Source: Gemmatimonas sp. (GTDB lineage Bacteria; Gemmatimonadota; Gemmatimonadetes; Gemmatimonadales; Gemmatimonadaceae). Taken from it: a stretch of 64,000 nucleotides of DNA. The position numbers were made by a program, and so were the translations under genes. Of the stretch, positions 8,632 to 20,025 are shown piece by piece. Numbering within the stretch: the stretch's first letter is position 1; every line of letters starts with the position of its first letter. Below the pieces are notes generated by a model. It searched no databases, was not told the DNA's origin, and was given only the letters and a program-made list of their open reading frames with translations. The stretch spans positions 1,440,001-1,504,000 of the forward strand of contig OZ257156.1 of the NCBI GenBank assembly GCA_965279375.1. Reading direction: 5' to 3'.

Positions 8632-10234
8632 TGCGTTCGGAGTATTCGCCGCGTTGCTGACGGCATGCTCCTCGTCCATGTCGTCGCGCCGTGTCGCATC
8701 CAACTCCACCACGGCAACGCTCGACGCACGACTCGAATCGCGCACGGTGCGTGCGTCATCCAACCCCATCCTGTCGAGCGGTGCCGACTACACCGCCGAT
8801 CCCGCCCCATTGGTGGTGGGCGACCGTTTCTATCTGCTGACCGGGCGCGATGTCGCGAAGCCGAGCGTGAACGACTTCACGATGCCCGAGTGGCAAATGC
8901 TCGTGACTGATCGCGAGCCAACCGCGGGGCGATGGACGCACTATCCGCATCTGCTCAAACCGGAGGCGGTCTTTGCGTGGGCCACACCGGGGCGCGCGTA
9001 TGCCGCGCAGATCGTGCGCGGTGCGAACGGCAAGTTCTATCTGTACGCGCCGGTGGTGCAGGCCAAGACGACCTCCAAAGATCCCTTCGCGATTGGCGTG
9101 GCAGTCTCCGAGTCGCCGCTGGGGCCATGGACCGACGCGCATCCGCAGGGGCCGATCGTGTCGCAGTCATATCCGCTCGCCAACACGATCCAGAACATCG
9201 ACCCCACAGTGCTCGTGGACGACGATGGTCGCGTCTATCTGTACTGGGGAACGTTCGGGAAACTCAAGGGCGTCGAACTCGAACGCGACATGGTCACGCT
9301 CAAGGGCACTCCAGTCGATGTGACGTCGCTCAACGGCTTCTTCGAAGCGCCGTGGCTCTTCAAGCGGAATGGCGTCTACTATCTGGCGTACGCCGGCAAT
9401 ACCGCAGGCCCAGACTCCGAGTGCACCGAAGCTGTCTACTACGCCTGCATCGCCTATGGCACAGCGCCCTCGCCGCTCGGGCCGTGGACGTATCGCGGTG
9501 TCGTGCTCGACCCGGTGTCGTCCACAACGTCACATCCGGGCATCGTGGCGCATCGCGACGGCTGGTACATCGCGTATCACACCGCCGACGCAACCGATGG
9601 TGGACACTTCCGCCGCTCGGTCGCAGTCGATCGTCTCGAGTGGGACGATGCCGTCGTGCCGGCGCGCATGCGCAAGGTCGTGCCAACAGGTGGAGCGCCG
9701 CGCGCACGCACGCCCATCGCCAACATCGCGTCGCACGCGCGCATCGCTGCATCGAACATGCCCGTGCCCGTGCAGTACTGGTTGCGCGCACTCAACGATG
9801 GCAAGGTTCACACAGTGCCGCTGCCGCCGGACATGTGGGCCACGTGGACGCGCAGCAATCCGCCGCAGCAGTGGAGTCTCTATCAGTGGGACGCCCCCGT
9901 GACGCTGACCGCATCGAGCCTCTACTTCTGGGGCGATCAGCCTGCCGGATCCGGCATCGGTGTCGCGCCGCCCAAGGCATGGCACCTGGAGTACTGGACC
10001 GACGCAGGGTGGCGCGCTGTCGATGCGAAGACGCCGTACACCAGTACTCTGCACGCCTTCAATCGTGTGGACTTCTCGCCAGTTACCACGCGTTGTCTGC
10101 GCGCGGTGTTCGATGCATCGACCGATGGAATGACATTCGCCGCAGTTGCCGCGCAGGAATGGCAGGCGTTCGCGACGACACCGCGTGTACCGCTGCAACC
10201 GTCGGTCAGGGGTCGCGCATCGGCCACCTGCTGA
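8618..10234 (+). CDS. GH43 glycoside hydrolase (xylosidase/arabinofuranosidase) lipoprotein with C-terminal CBM/discoidin-like domain
   Basis: ADPAP, YAAQ, IGVAVS.SP.GPW, NIDP.V.VDDDG..YLYWG, FFEAPW, TSHPGI, FRRSV; lipobox LTAC. Confidence 0.85.
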   Translation: MSRASAFGVFAALLTACSSSMSSRRVASNSTTATLDARLESRTVRASSNPILSSGADYTADPAPLVVGDRFYLLTGRDVAKPSVNDFTMPEWQMLVTDREPTAGRWTHYPHLLKPEAVFAWATPGRAYAAQIVRGANGKFYLYAPVVQAKTTSKDPFAIGVAVSESPLGPWTDAHPQGPIVSQSYPLANTIQNIDPTVLVDDDGRVYLYWGTFGKLKGVELERDMVTLKGTPVDVTSLNGFFEAPWLFKRNGVYYLAYAGNTAGPDSECTEAVYYACIAYGTAPSPLGPWTYRGVVLDPVSSTTSHPGIVAHRDGWYIAYHTADATDGGHFRRSVAVDRLEWDDAVVPARMRKVVPTGGAPRARTPIANIASHARIAASNMPVPVQYWLRALNDGKVHTVPLPPDMWATWTRSNPPQQWSLYQWDAPVTLTASSLYFWGDQPAGSGIGVAPPKAWHLEYWTDAGWRAVDAKTPYTSTLHAFNRVDFSPVTTRCLRAVFDASTDGMTFAAVAAQEWQAFATTPRVPLQPSVRGRASATC

Positions 10235-10270
10235 GTATTGCCTCACCAACACCATCCCCTCGAATCAATC

Positions 10271-10786
10271 ATGCACACAACCGACATCGCAGCGTACCTC
10301 AGCGCCGCTCGGCGGGACCTCTGGCAGGCATTGCGTCAGCTTCCGGAGGAGGAGCTGGAACGACCGCTGCTGAGCGGTGAGCGATTTCACAGCATCAAGG
10401 ACCTCGTCTTCCACATCGCGGCCGTTACCGACGGCTGGCTCCATGAAGACATCCTGCGTGTACCGCCGGTGCTCGAGCAGTATCCGACGCTCCTCGCGAC
10501 GGACGGAGGGCCGGTGTACGCAGCGTTTCCGCTCGAACTCCTGCTCGACTACTGGGGTGCCGTGGAAGCACGGAAGGACGCCTTCGTCGCCACGCTCACA
10601 CCCGCTGAGGAAGCGCGCATCGTCACGGTGCATGATGCGCCTGATGAGCACTACAGCGTGGATGGATTGCTCTGGCACACGATGATTCACGAGATGCGAC
10701 ATACCGCGCAGATCTGTGTGCTGCTGCGCAACGCTGGCGTCAAACCGCCGTCGCTGGATCTGCTCTTCTATCTGCCTGCGGCTTGA
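10271..10786 (+). CDS. DinB-family protein
   Basis: SIKDLVFHIA...W and LWH...HE.RH.AQI..LLR..G..PP.LD. Confidence 0.85.
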   Translation: MHTTDIAAYLSAARRDLWQALRQLPEEELERPLLSGERFHSIKDLVFHIAAVTDGWLHEDILRVPPVLEQYPTLLATDGGPVYAAFPLELLLDYWGAVEARKDAFVATLTPAEEARIVTVHDAPDEHYSVDGLLWHTMIHEMRHTAQICVLLRNAGVKPPSLDLLFYLPAA

Positions 10787-11175
10787 TGCGTGTTCGCCTG
10801 CGCTACATGATGCTCTGGGCTGCAACAATCGTTGCAGGGCTGGCGGTGCACTGGTACGGCGGCGCGCTCGGCGAACGTACGCAGGATTGGACCGGTGATG
10901 CGCTGTGGGCATTCATGATCGCGGCCGGCGTGAGCGCAATCGAGCCCACACTCACGCGCGGCGCGCGCGGTGGTGTCGCGCTTGGCATCTGCGTCGCCGT
11001 GGAGTGCAGCCAGTTGGCGCACGCACCGCTGCTCGACCAGGTGCGGGCCACGACGTTGGGTCACCTCGTCCTCGGCAGTGGCTTCGATGTACGCGACCTT
11101 GGAGCGTACTTGTGCGGCGTGATGGTATTCGTGCTGATCGACGGATGGTATGTGAAGCCGTACGCGCGCCGCTGA
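10786..11175 (+). CDS. DUF2809 membrane protein
   Basis: GDALWA, VE.SQL...P.L...R.T.LG.LVLG.GF...DL.AY..G. Confidence 0.8.
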   Translation: MRVRLRYMMLWAATIVAGLAVHWYGGALGERTQDWTGDALWAFMIAAGVSAIEPTLTRGARGGVALGICVAVECSQLAHAPLLDQVRATTLGHLVLGSGFDVRDLGAYLCGVMVFVLIDGWYVKPYARR

Positions 11176-11270
11176 CTTCGGGCTCCTGGACCTTACGCGA
11201 TAGCGTGAGGTCTGGCACAGTGCGGCCCTGTGCTGCAAACTGTTCGCGACCTCGACGAGCCCCCTAGCCC

Positions 11271-12398
11271 ATGATACCGCCGCGTCCATTCACCGCGTTC
11301 GCGATGCTCGTGCTCACAATGAGTGCGCGCCCCACGGGCGTCTCCAATCAGCCGCGACTGACTGAGCGCACCCTCAGCGACATCGCGGTCATCAGTGTCC
11401 CGCGCTCGCTCACGCCGGATCAGAAAGGGGAAACGAAGAACGCGCCGTGGGACGAAGACATGGGCAAGCTCTCCTTCGGCTTCTCCAACACGTACTTCTG
11501 GGCATCGATGGGAAGCGTGACGGCGTACAAGGAGCGGCTGATCGTCTCCGTTATGGCTCCCGACGCAACCGCCTCGGAGTACGCGGAGTCGCCACGCCGC
11601 ATGAGCATCAGCTACGAGCAACGACGCAAGGTTCGGAGCACTGCCATCGGTTCCGGCTCACTCACGGTGTACGAGGGGATCTACACGCGTGGCAGCGAGA
11701 CCGAGCCGGCGTTGCAGTTCGTCTACAGCGATCGCGCGCGACGGTTGCAGATCGTGTGGCACGCCGTGAAGCAGGAAGTGGATCTCGAAACCGGCGTCAC
11801 GCAGATCGGGCGCATCGCGGCGTCGTTCAAGATCGTCAAAGATCCGTTGACGAAGTTCGCCTCGATGCGTGATGCGCCACGGCAGGAGGCGGAGTCGCGC
11901 ACGAGCAAGCGCGCGACCGTACTGGCGATGCTGCGTCGCGAGGGATACACGACGCTCGAGCCCGGAATGCCGATCCTGCGAAACGGCGTGTACCTCGAGT
12001 GGATGTCCGACCCTGAGCCGCGCTATCAGTTGCTCGTGCCGCTGGGGCGCATGCGTGGACCGGCGAATGGATCGGTGGTGAACCGGCCTCGCCCTCTTGC
12101 TGCTGCGTCACGCCTTGCCGGCTCGGTTGGTTGGCGCGAGATGCAGGATGGCGAGTGGGTCTTCACCAACCAGGACAATGCCTACCTGCCGCTACCCGGC
12201 ATCGCAGCACAGCTATCGACGCAGCAGAAGGAGGATGGCTACGTCTACTTCTTCTACGTGGGCACGGTGCGCGTGGAAGAAGTGTCGGACGATCGCCTGC
12301 TGACGTCGCTGCGCTGGTTTCTCGATGACGTGCCCGAGGTGCAGCGACGTTGGCGCGATGGCACGCTGGTGGGGCCTGGTAGGCCGGAAGCCGAGTGA
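11271..12398 (+). CDS. Hypothetical exported protein
   Basis: 375-aa ORF with plausible composition and N-terminal hydrophobic stretch; no family recognised. Confidence 0.6.
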   Translation: MIPPRPFTAFAMLVLTMSARPTGVSNQPRLTERTLSDIAVISVPRSLTPDQKGETKNAPWDEDMGKLSFGFSNTYFWASMGSVTAYKERLIVSVMAPDATASEYAESPRRMSISYEQRRKVRSTAIGSGSLTVYEGIYTRGSETEPALQFVYSDRARRLQIVWHAVKQEVDLETGVTQIGRIAASFKIVKDPLTKFASMRDAPRQEAESRTSKRATVLAMLRREGYTTLEPGMPILRNGVYLEWMSDPEPRYQLLVPLGRMRGPANGSVVNRPRPLAAASRLAGSVGWREMQDGEWVFTNQDNAYLPLPGIAAQLSTQQKEDGYVYFFYVGTVRVEEVSDDRLLTSLRWFLDDVPEVQRRWRDGTLVGPGRPEAE

Positions 12399-12877
12399 TG
12401 GCAGCGATCATCGGCTATCTGATCTGCGGCGGCTTCAGCGTGATGTTTCTCTATGTGGGCATTACGCAGCTGCTGCAACAGCGGCGCAATCTCGAGAACG
12501 CGGAGCGGATCGACGCCATCGTCATCGCGTCGTCCGTGTCGGTGAGCAAAACGGCGGACACCGATGGGCGCGTGGGCTTCAGCAACAGCACCACGAGTCA
12601 CTCGCCGGACGTGCGGTTTCGCTACGTCGTGGACGGAGAGACGTACGAGAGCACGCGACTGTACCCGTCCGTCATCGAGCGATCATATGCATCCGCATCC
12701 GCTGCGGCCGACGTGCTCGCATCGTTCCCACTCAACGCGAAGGTGCGCGCGTGGGTGGATCGTGCGCATCCAGAACGGGCGTTTCTCATCGCCGAGAAGA
12801 GCAGCGGGCCGCTCGTGTTCGTCATCCTGGGATTCGTGATGATCCCGGTGGCGTGGGGCGTCGGGAAGATTCTGTGA
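12398..12877 (+). CDS. DUF3592 membrane protein
   Basis: Two terminal TM helices flanking P.V.F.Y.V.G..Y and V.V.....P..A.L. Confidence 0.75.
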   Translation: MAAIIGYLICGGFSVMFLYVGITQLLQQRRNLENAERIDAIVIASSVSVSKTADTDGRVGFSNSTTSHSPDVRFRYVVDGETYESTRLYPSVIERSYASASAAADVLASFPLNAKVRAWVDRAHPERAFLIAEKSSGPLVFVILGFVMIPVAWGVGKIL

Positions 12878-12907
12878 GTGCGATGGCGACGTCGCTCAGA
12901 AAAACAT

Positions 12908-13450
12908 TCAGCAGCATTCCATGAACACGAACATGCGCTTGCGTGCTGCGTTCCACACCATGAAGATCGAGTTCTCGTAGCCGAACGAGAGCATGATCTG
13001 GTGCGTCGGCGACGGTGACATCTTCTTCAATGCTGCCGCGTCGCCCATGTGTTCAACCTGCTCGCGATTGATCGGCTGACGCTTGACACCCAGTAGTGCG
13101 TCGTCGAGCCGCTTCGTCATGAAGGCCGCAAGTTTCGGCGGCGAATTGCGGATCGCATCGATGTCGTTCATCTCATCCTCGCTCGTCCAGCGTTGCTGGT
13201 GCGCCACGAGCCCGTTCACGTAGAACGTCATCGTGATGGCGAGACTGTCTGCACGTTTGCCTGCAGCGGTCAGCACGATCGAGTCACGCGGATTCGCGCC
13301 GGTGAGATCGATGGTGCGCGCTCGGCGATACGGGAACCGCTGCGCCGCCGTCGACTGCGCCACCGTCGCGTGCGCGCGTGAGTATGCGCCCGCAACTGCA
13401 GGCCGCACGACCACGCCCGCGATCAGAAGCACACCAACGAAGCGTCGCAT
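12908..13450 (-). CDS. Hypothetical secreted protein ending in MECC
   Basis: Signal peptide MRRFVGVLLIAG; IDLTG...DSI motif; GYE....W....KR.....CC C-terminus. Confidence 0.6.
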   Translation of the reverse strand: MRRFVGVLLIAGVVVRPAVAGAYSRAHATVAQSTAAQRFPYRRARTIDLTGANPRDSIVLTAAGKRADSLAITMTFYVNGLVAHQQRWTSEDEMNDIDAIRNSPPKLAAFMTKRLDDALLGVKRQPINREQVEHMGDAAALKKMSPSPTHQIMLSFGYENSIFMVWNAARKRMFVFMECC

Positions 13451-13461
13451 GATGGCAGACC

Positions 13462-13501
13462 AAAAAGCGCCCCGAGCCATGAGAGACAAGCTCGGGGCGC
13501 T
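13462..13501 (-). terminator. Intrinsic terminator of the cotH-like gene
   Basis: 12-bp stem AGCGCCCCGAGC / GCTCGGGGCGCT followed on the minus strand by a U-tract. Confidence 0.75.
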
Positions 13502-13531
13502 GGAACTGCTCCCCTCACTCGAGGCGATGCG

Positions 13532-15256
13532 CTACCGCGCGCTCTCCGGGATCGCCTTGAGCAGGAATGTACGTCGCTTGTCCACGAATGCCTTGAGCGC
13601 CTCGGTCCCCGTCGTGAACGATTCGGTCGAGTAGAGTTTGCGCATGTCCCGCGGAACGTCGCTCGCGATGAGCTTCTGATACTGCGCGACCACGGGCCCC
13701 AGGTTCTTCCAGTCTAGATCGCGCTCGGCGATCTGCCGAACGTATGCGAGATACTTCGCGCGCAGCGCGGGCACGGCGAGCAGCTTGGAGCGCAGCGGCG
13801 TGGTGCTGTTGTCGAGCCCGATCAGTGGATCGAGATCCGGTCCGCCTTCCATCATCGGGCCACCGCCGCGTCCACCTCTCCCACCGGGCATTCCGCCGCC
13901 GGGAGGCATACCGGGTGGCATTCCTGGCGGCATACCGGGCGGCATTCCCGGTGGCATGGCACCGCTCATGCCCGGCGGCGGACCAAAGGGCATCCCACCG
14001 GGGCCCATGCCTGGCGGTCCTTGTCCCCCTTCAGCAGGGAACGCCTCGTTCATGTCGTGCGGAATGACATGGAAGCGTCCCGTCGTGTCCTGATAGATGC
14101 TGTAGTCGCTCGCGCGCGTCCAATAGCCGTCGCTGTTCACGAGCGCGACATCCACCGCGAGAAAGCGCAGTGCCTCGTCGATGTCGAGCAACGGCGACAG
14201 TGCGTTCACCAACTGATCGGCCGGCGTGGTGTTGAGCACCTTGAACATCGCGATGAGTGCGTTCCACCGCGCCGGATCATCCTTGGTCTTGAGCTCGTAG
14301 CGCGAACGGTAAAGCGCGACGCTGTCGCCCAGATACTCCATGCCGCCGCGCGCGCCCGGGCTGCCCGGCACCTGCCAGCGTGCGCCGCTGGTCGTGCCGT
14401 AGGTGAGCTGCAGGAAGTCGCGGTTGTACTGCTGCTGACTGGCGTACGTGCCCCAGCTCTCGCCGTTGATGACCACGCGCACGAGATTCGCCTTGGGCGC
14501 CGGCAGGTAGCGATTGGCGATCTGCGAGTAGAGCACCGTGCGCACGAACGTCGGATCGTTCGCGGCGTTGAGCAGATTGAGCGTGCGGAAGCCGCCGACC
14601 GTCTGGTTCTCGACGACATCATCGAACGCCAGGTTGAGCGAACGCTTCCTGCCGCGCGGCACCATGAAGTACGACGAGTTGCCGCGAAAGTGCACACCTA
14701 CGTCGCGATAGCGCACCCCGTCGATGGTAACCTGCGCCGGCACTTCCACATCGGTGTTGTTGAACGCTTCGAGCTCCTGCTCCCAATCGGCGTTCTCGAA
14801 CTCGAGGAAGATCGTGCGATACGTCTTCGCATCGTAGAGCGGTGCCTTGCCCGCCGATGCCACATCGCTGGGCTTCATCGACACGCCGCGCGCGACCGGC
14901 GTGGTATCGCTCGCACCGCCGCCACGCCGACCCGGGGGCCCACCAAACCCGCGGCCGCCCGGCGGCATCCCCGGCGGCATCCCCTGCTGCATGCCCTCCG
15001 GCGACGCCAGCCACGCGCGTGCTGCGCGCCGCTCCGCGTTGTCGAGATGCTTGTTGGAGTCGGTGTCGAACTTGGCGACGAGCTGGCGATCCGCGCCCAT
15101 GCCCGGTGGACCGCCGCCCGGGAATCCTCCCGGGAATCCGCCCGGGCCACGGCCTGCGGTCGGCTGCTGCGCCACCAACGGCTGCGCGGTGCCGAATGCG
15201 CCAATCAGCGCGGCAATCGCGCTGATGCCTGCGAGAGAACTGCAGCGATTCGTCAT
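13532..15256 (-). CDS. CotH kinase-family secreted protein with an EF-hand-like loop and Gly/Met/Pro-rich inserts
   Basis: VGVHFRGNSS, KRSLNL, LNLLNA..DP, V.V.INGE..G.Y...Q, N.DGY, PHDMNE; DTDSNKHLDNAE loop. Confidence 0.85.
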   Translation of the reverse strand: MTNRCSSLAGISAIAALIGAFGTAQPLVAQQPTAGRGPGGFPGGFPGGGPPGMGADRQLVAKFDTDSNKHLDNAERRAARAWLASPEGMQQGMPPGMPPGGRGFGGPPGRRGGGASDTTPVARGVSMKPSDVASAGKAPLYDAKTYRTIFLEFENADWEQELEAFNNTDVEVPAQVTIDGVRYRDVGVHFRGNSSYFMVPRGRKRSLNLAFDDVVENQTVGGFRTLNLLNAANDPTFVRTVLYSQIANRYLPAPKANLVRVVINGESWGTYASQQQYNRDFLQLTYGTTSGARWQVPGSPGARGGMEYLGDSVALYRSRYELKTKDDPARWNALIAMFKVLNTTPADQLVNALSPLLDIDEALRFLAVDVALVNSDGYWTRASDYSIYQDTTGRFHVIPHDMNEAFPAEGGQGPPGMGPGGMPFGPPPGMSGAMPPGMPPGMPPGMPPGMPPGGGMPGGRGGRGGGPMMEGGPDLDPLIGLDNSTTPLRSKLLAVPALRAKYLAYVRQIAERDLDWKNLGPVVAQYQKLIASDVPRDMRKLYSTESFTTGTEALKAFVDKRRTFLLKAIPESAR

Positions 15257-15347
15257 TCGAACAACTCCAAACGCGTGAAGGTAGACCGATTCGACGTACA
15301 GCTACTGAGCGGAGAGAGCTCGCCCTGTGACCCGTACGCCAGCGACA

Positions 15348-15431
15348 CGCCATTCGCTGAACGCGATTCGCTGAAGGCCATACGCCGAACGCCATACGCT
15401 AACCGCCATACGTGACACGTGACACGTGACG
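15348..15431. repeat. Degenerate heptamer tandem array (~12 x 7 bp)
   Basis: cgccatt cgctgaa cgcgatt cgctgaa ggccata cgccgaa cgccata cgctaac cgccata cgtgaca cgtgaca cgtgacg. Confidence 0.75.
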
Positions 15432-15582
15432 CCGGGCACCATACTGGCGACACATGAACCCCTGAAAACCCTATTGCCAGCGCGCCCATTTGCCGGGTCT
15501 GCCGATTGGTGCGTATGTAGTCGCAGCTGAACGCACCCTCAATCGTACACTGACTCCGGGCTCCACTTCAACGCACGCGACT

Positions 15583-16611
15583 ATGCGAATGACGTCAGGC
15601 CACACCGCACGATCGATGTTGCAGCGAGTGCTGCCCATGCTGCTCGCGTTTGGTGGTACCCGCATGGTGCACGCACAATCCGGCGTTGCGCCGCGCAACG
15701 CTGCCTCGACGGCAGGCGCAGCGGGTGCTTCCATCGCCGCGCGTTTGGGATACCCCGATTCGGCGCGACTGGTCATCCTGCACGCCGACGACATCGCCAT
15801 GACCACCGGCGTCAGTCGCACCACGCTCTCGGCGCTTGAACGCGGCGTGGTGAACTCCGCGTCGATCATCGCCCCGACGGCGTTTCTTGGCGATTTCGCG
15901 CGCTCGCTCTCACCCGGACAGCGCCATGATCTGGGCATTCTTCTCACGCTCGCCAGCGAGAGCGTGCTGATGCGTTGGCGTCCCGCTTCGGGCGTGGATC
16001 GCGCGAGGTCGCTCCTCGATTCAACCGGCACGCTGGCGCTACGTCCGCCCGCTTCCGCCAGTGTCGCCGAGATCGAGCAGGAGCTCGATGCGCAGATTGC
16101 TGCCGTGCGCGCGGTCGGCATTGTGCCCACGCATCTCGACTCGCATCAGGGGGCGCTGTTCACGAACGGCGCGCCGATCTTCGAGGCGTGGCGACGCGTC
16201 GCGAAGCGCGCCTGCCTGCCCATGCCGATTCCGACCGCAGCCTTTGCGCAGTTTCCGTATGTCGCCGAAGGGCTCAAGGACGGCCACTTGCCCATCAACG
16301 ACATGCGAGGCATATCGCCGTCGGTCTCGAATGCGGATTGGAACGCCTTCTACCAGAATGTGCTGCGCGATCTCAAGCCGGGTGTCACCGAGATCATCGT
16401 CCACCTCGACGAAGACACCAACGCCGAACGTGCGCAGTTCCGTGCGCATGTCGAGGGAAACATCGGATGGGACGCCGCATGGCGTACGCGCGATCTGAAA
16501 GCACTCTCCGATCCGGCGTTTGTGAAGCTGCTCCGCGAGCAGAACATTCACCTCGTGACGTGGCGGGAGATCGCTGCCGTCACCAACATCTGCGCTCGTC
16601 CGTCGCGCTGA
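15583..16611 (+). CDS. ChbG/YdjC-family carbohydrate deacetylase, exported
   Basis: ILHADD, EL.AQI......GI.PTHLDSHQG, LKPGVTEIIVHL, R..DL.AL.DP; start codon uncertain. Confidence 0.8.
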   Translation: MRMTSGHTARSMLQRVLPMLLAFGGTRMVHAQSGVAPRNAASTAGAAGASIAARLGYPDSARLVILHADDIAMTTGVSRTTLSALERGVVNSASIIAPTAFLGDFARSLSPGQRHDLGILLTLASESVLMRWRPASGVDRARSLLDSTGTLALRPPASASVAEIEQELDAQIAAVRAVGIVPTHLDSHQGALFTNGAPIFEAWRRVAKRACLPMPIPTAAFAQFPYVAEGLKDGHLPINDMRGISPSVSNADWNAFYQNVLRDLKPGVTEIIVHLDEDTNAERAQFRAHVEGNIGWDAAWRTRDLKALSDPAFVKLLREQNIHLVTWREIAAVTNICARPSR

Positions 16612-16683
16612 CCTACGCCGTGTACGTCGCTCGGTAGCTCGTATGGCACCGTACACGATCCTGCCACGCTCCATTCACCCCGC

Positions 16684-17538
16684 ATGTACTCCGGACTTCG
16701 CGATCTCCGCGTCATTGACGACGCACTCGGCCTGACCTTTCCCGCCGTCGTGCAATACCCGACGCACACCGCCGCCTCGGGTGTGCAGATCGGACCGTAT
16801 CACTTCGACGCTGAGCGTGACGCACCTGTCGCGGACGGCCGCTTTCCGCTGGTGCTGATCTCGCACGGTGGCGGCGGCTCGCATCTGCTGTACCGCAGCA
16901 TCGCCACGCATCTCGCGCAGCACGGCTACATCGTCGTGGCGCCGGAGCACCCGAGTGACAATCGCAACGACAAGTCGATGATGGGCACCGAAGAGAACAT
17001 GGCGCGACGGCCGCGTCACGCAGCGATGACTCTCAGTGCGGTCATCGATGATGCGCAACTTGGCCCGCATGTGGACGCATCGGCGATTGCGGTGATCGGG
17101 CATTCGTATGGTGGCTACACCGCGCTCGCGATGGCCGGCGGACAGCCATGGTCGATGGCGAGACAACCTGTGACGGTACAGGCGGATGCGCGCGTGAAGG
17201 CTGCAGTGCTGATGGCCGCCGCGGCCGCACCGTATCAGCCACCCGATGCGCTGCAGGCGGTACGCATTCCGCTGCTCGTGCTCTCGGGCGATCAGGATCC
17301 CGTCACACCGCTTTGGCAGGCGGAGCTGGTGCGCGATCGCGTCCCCGACCCGGCGCAGGTGACGTTGCAGGTGGTGAACGGTGCCGGCCACTTCGCCTTC
17401 ATCACACCATTTCCTGCGGCGATGCGCAGCGAAAGCTTTGCGCCCTCCACCGATCCGCCGGGCTTCGACCGTGAGCAATTCCATCGCGAGTTGCCGCAGA
17501 CTATTCACGCGTTTCTGCAGCGCGCACTCGCAGACTGA
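16684..17538 (+). CDS. Alpha/beta hydrolase (predicted dienelactone hydrolase / PAF-AH-like)
   Basis: PLVLISHG.GG, GHSYGG nucleophile elbow, G.QD, AGHFAF. Confidence 0.85.
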   Translation: MYSGLRDLRVIDDALGLTFPAVVQYPTHTAASGVQIGPYHFDAERDAPVADGRFPLVLISHGGGGSHLLYRSIATHLAQHGYIVVAPEHPSDNRNDKSMMGTEENMARRPRHAAMTLSAVIDDAQLGPHVDASAIAVIGHSYGGYTALAMAGGQPWSMARQPVTVQADARVKAAVLMAAAAAPYQPPDALQAVRIPLLVLSGDQDPVTPLWQAELVRDRVPDPAQVTLQVVNGAGHFAFITPFPAAMRSESFAPSTDPPGFDREQFHRELPQTIHAFLQRALAD

Positions 17539-17552
17539 AGTACCGATGAAAC

Positions 17553-17596
17553 GCAAACCGGGTGAGCCCATGCTGCTGGACTCACCCGGTCTTTGC
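17553..17596. terminator. Hairpin terminator between the convergent hydrolase gene and katG
   Basis: Stem ACCGGGTGAG / CTCACCCGGT flanked by GCAAA and TTTGC. Confidence 0.7.
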
Positions 17597-17628
17597 TTGC
17601 AACGCCGTCAGCGTTTAACAGCGCACGC

Positions 17629-19923
<2,295 letters not shown>

Positions 19924-19939
19924 CTACTGTCCGCGTAGG

Positions 19940-20002
19940 ATAGGGGTCTCATCTATAGCCAGCAATAGGGGTATTCCTATAATTTCCATAGTCAAATCCT
20001 AT
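19940..20002. promoter_or_regulatory. OxyR binding site array in the katG/oxyR divergent promoter
   Basis: ATAG-N8-CTAT-N7-ATAG-N7-CTAT at 19965-20002, with additional ATAG (19940) and CTAT (19953) upstream; AT-rich. Confidence 0.8.
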
Positions 20003-20025
20003 ACCCAGACTCATGGATAGCTGAA

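Noticed and set aside
8932..10380. 482-aa alternative-frame ORF over the GH43 gene, and many similar long overlapping ORFs
   Set aside because: Arg/Gly-rich off-frame translations typical of GC-rich DNA; the true frames have clear family motifs
15348..15431. Possible CRISPR array
   Set aside because: 7-bp contiguous degenerate units, no unique spacers, no cas genes
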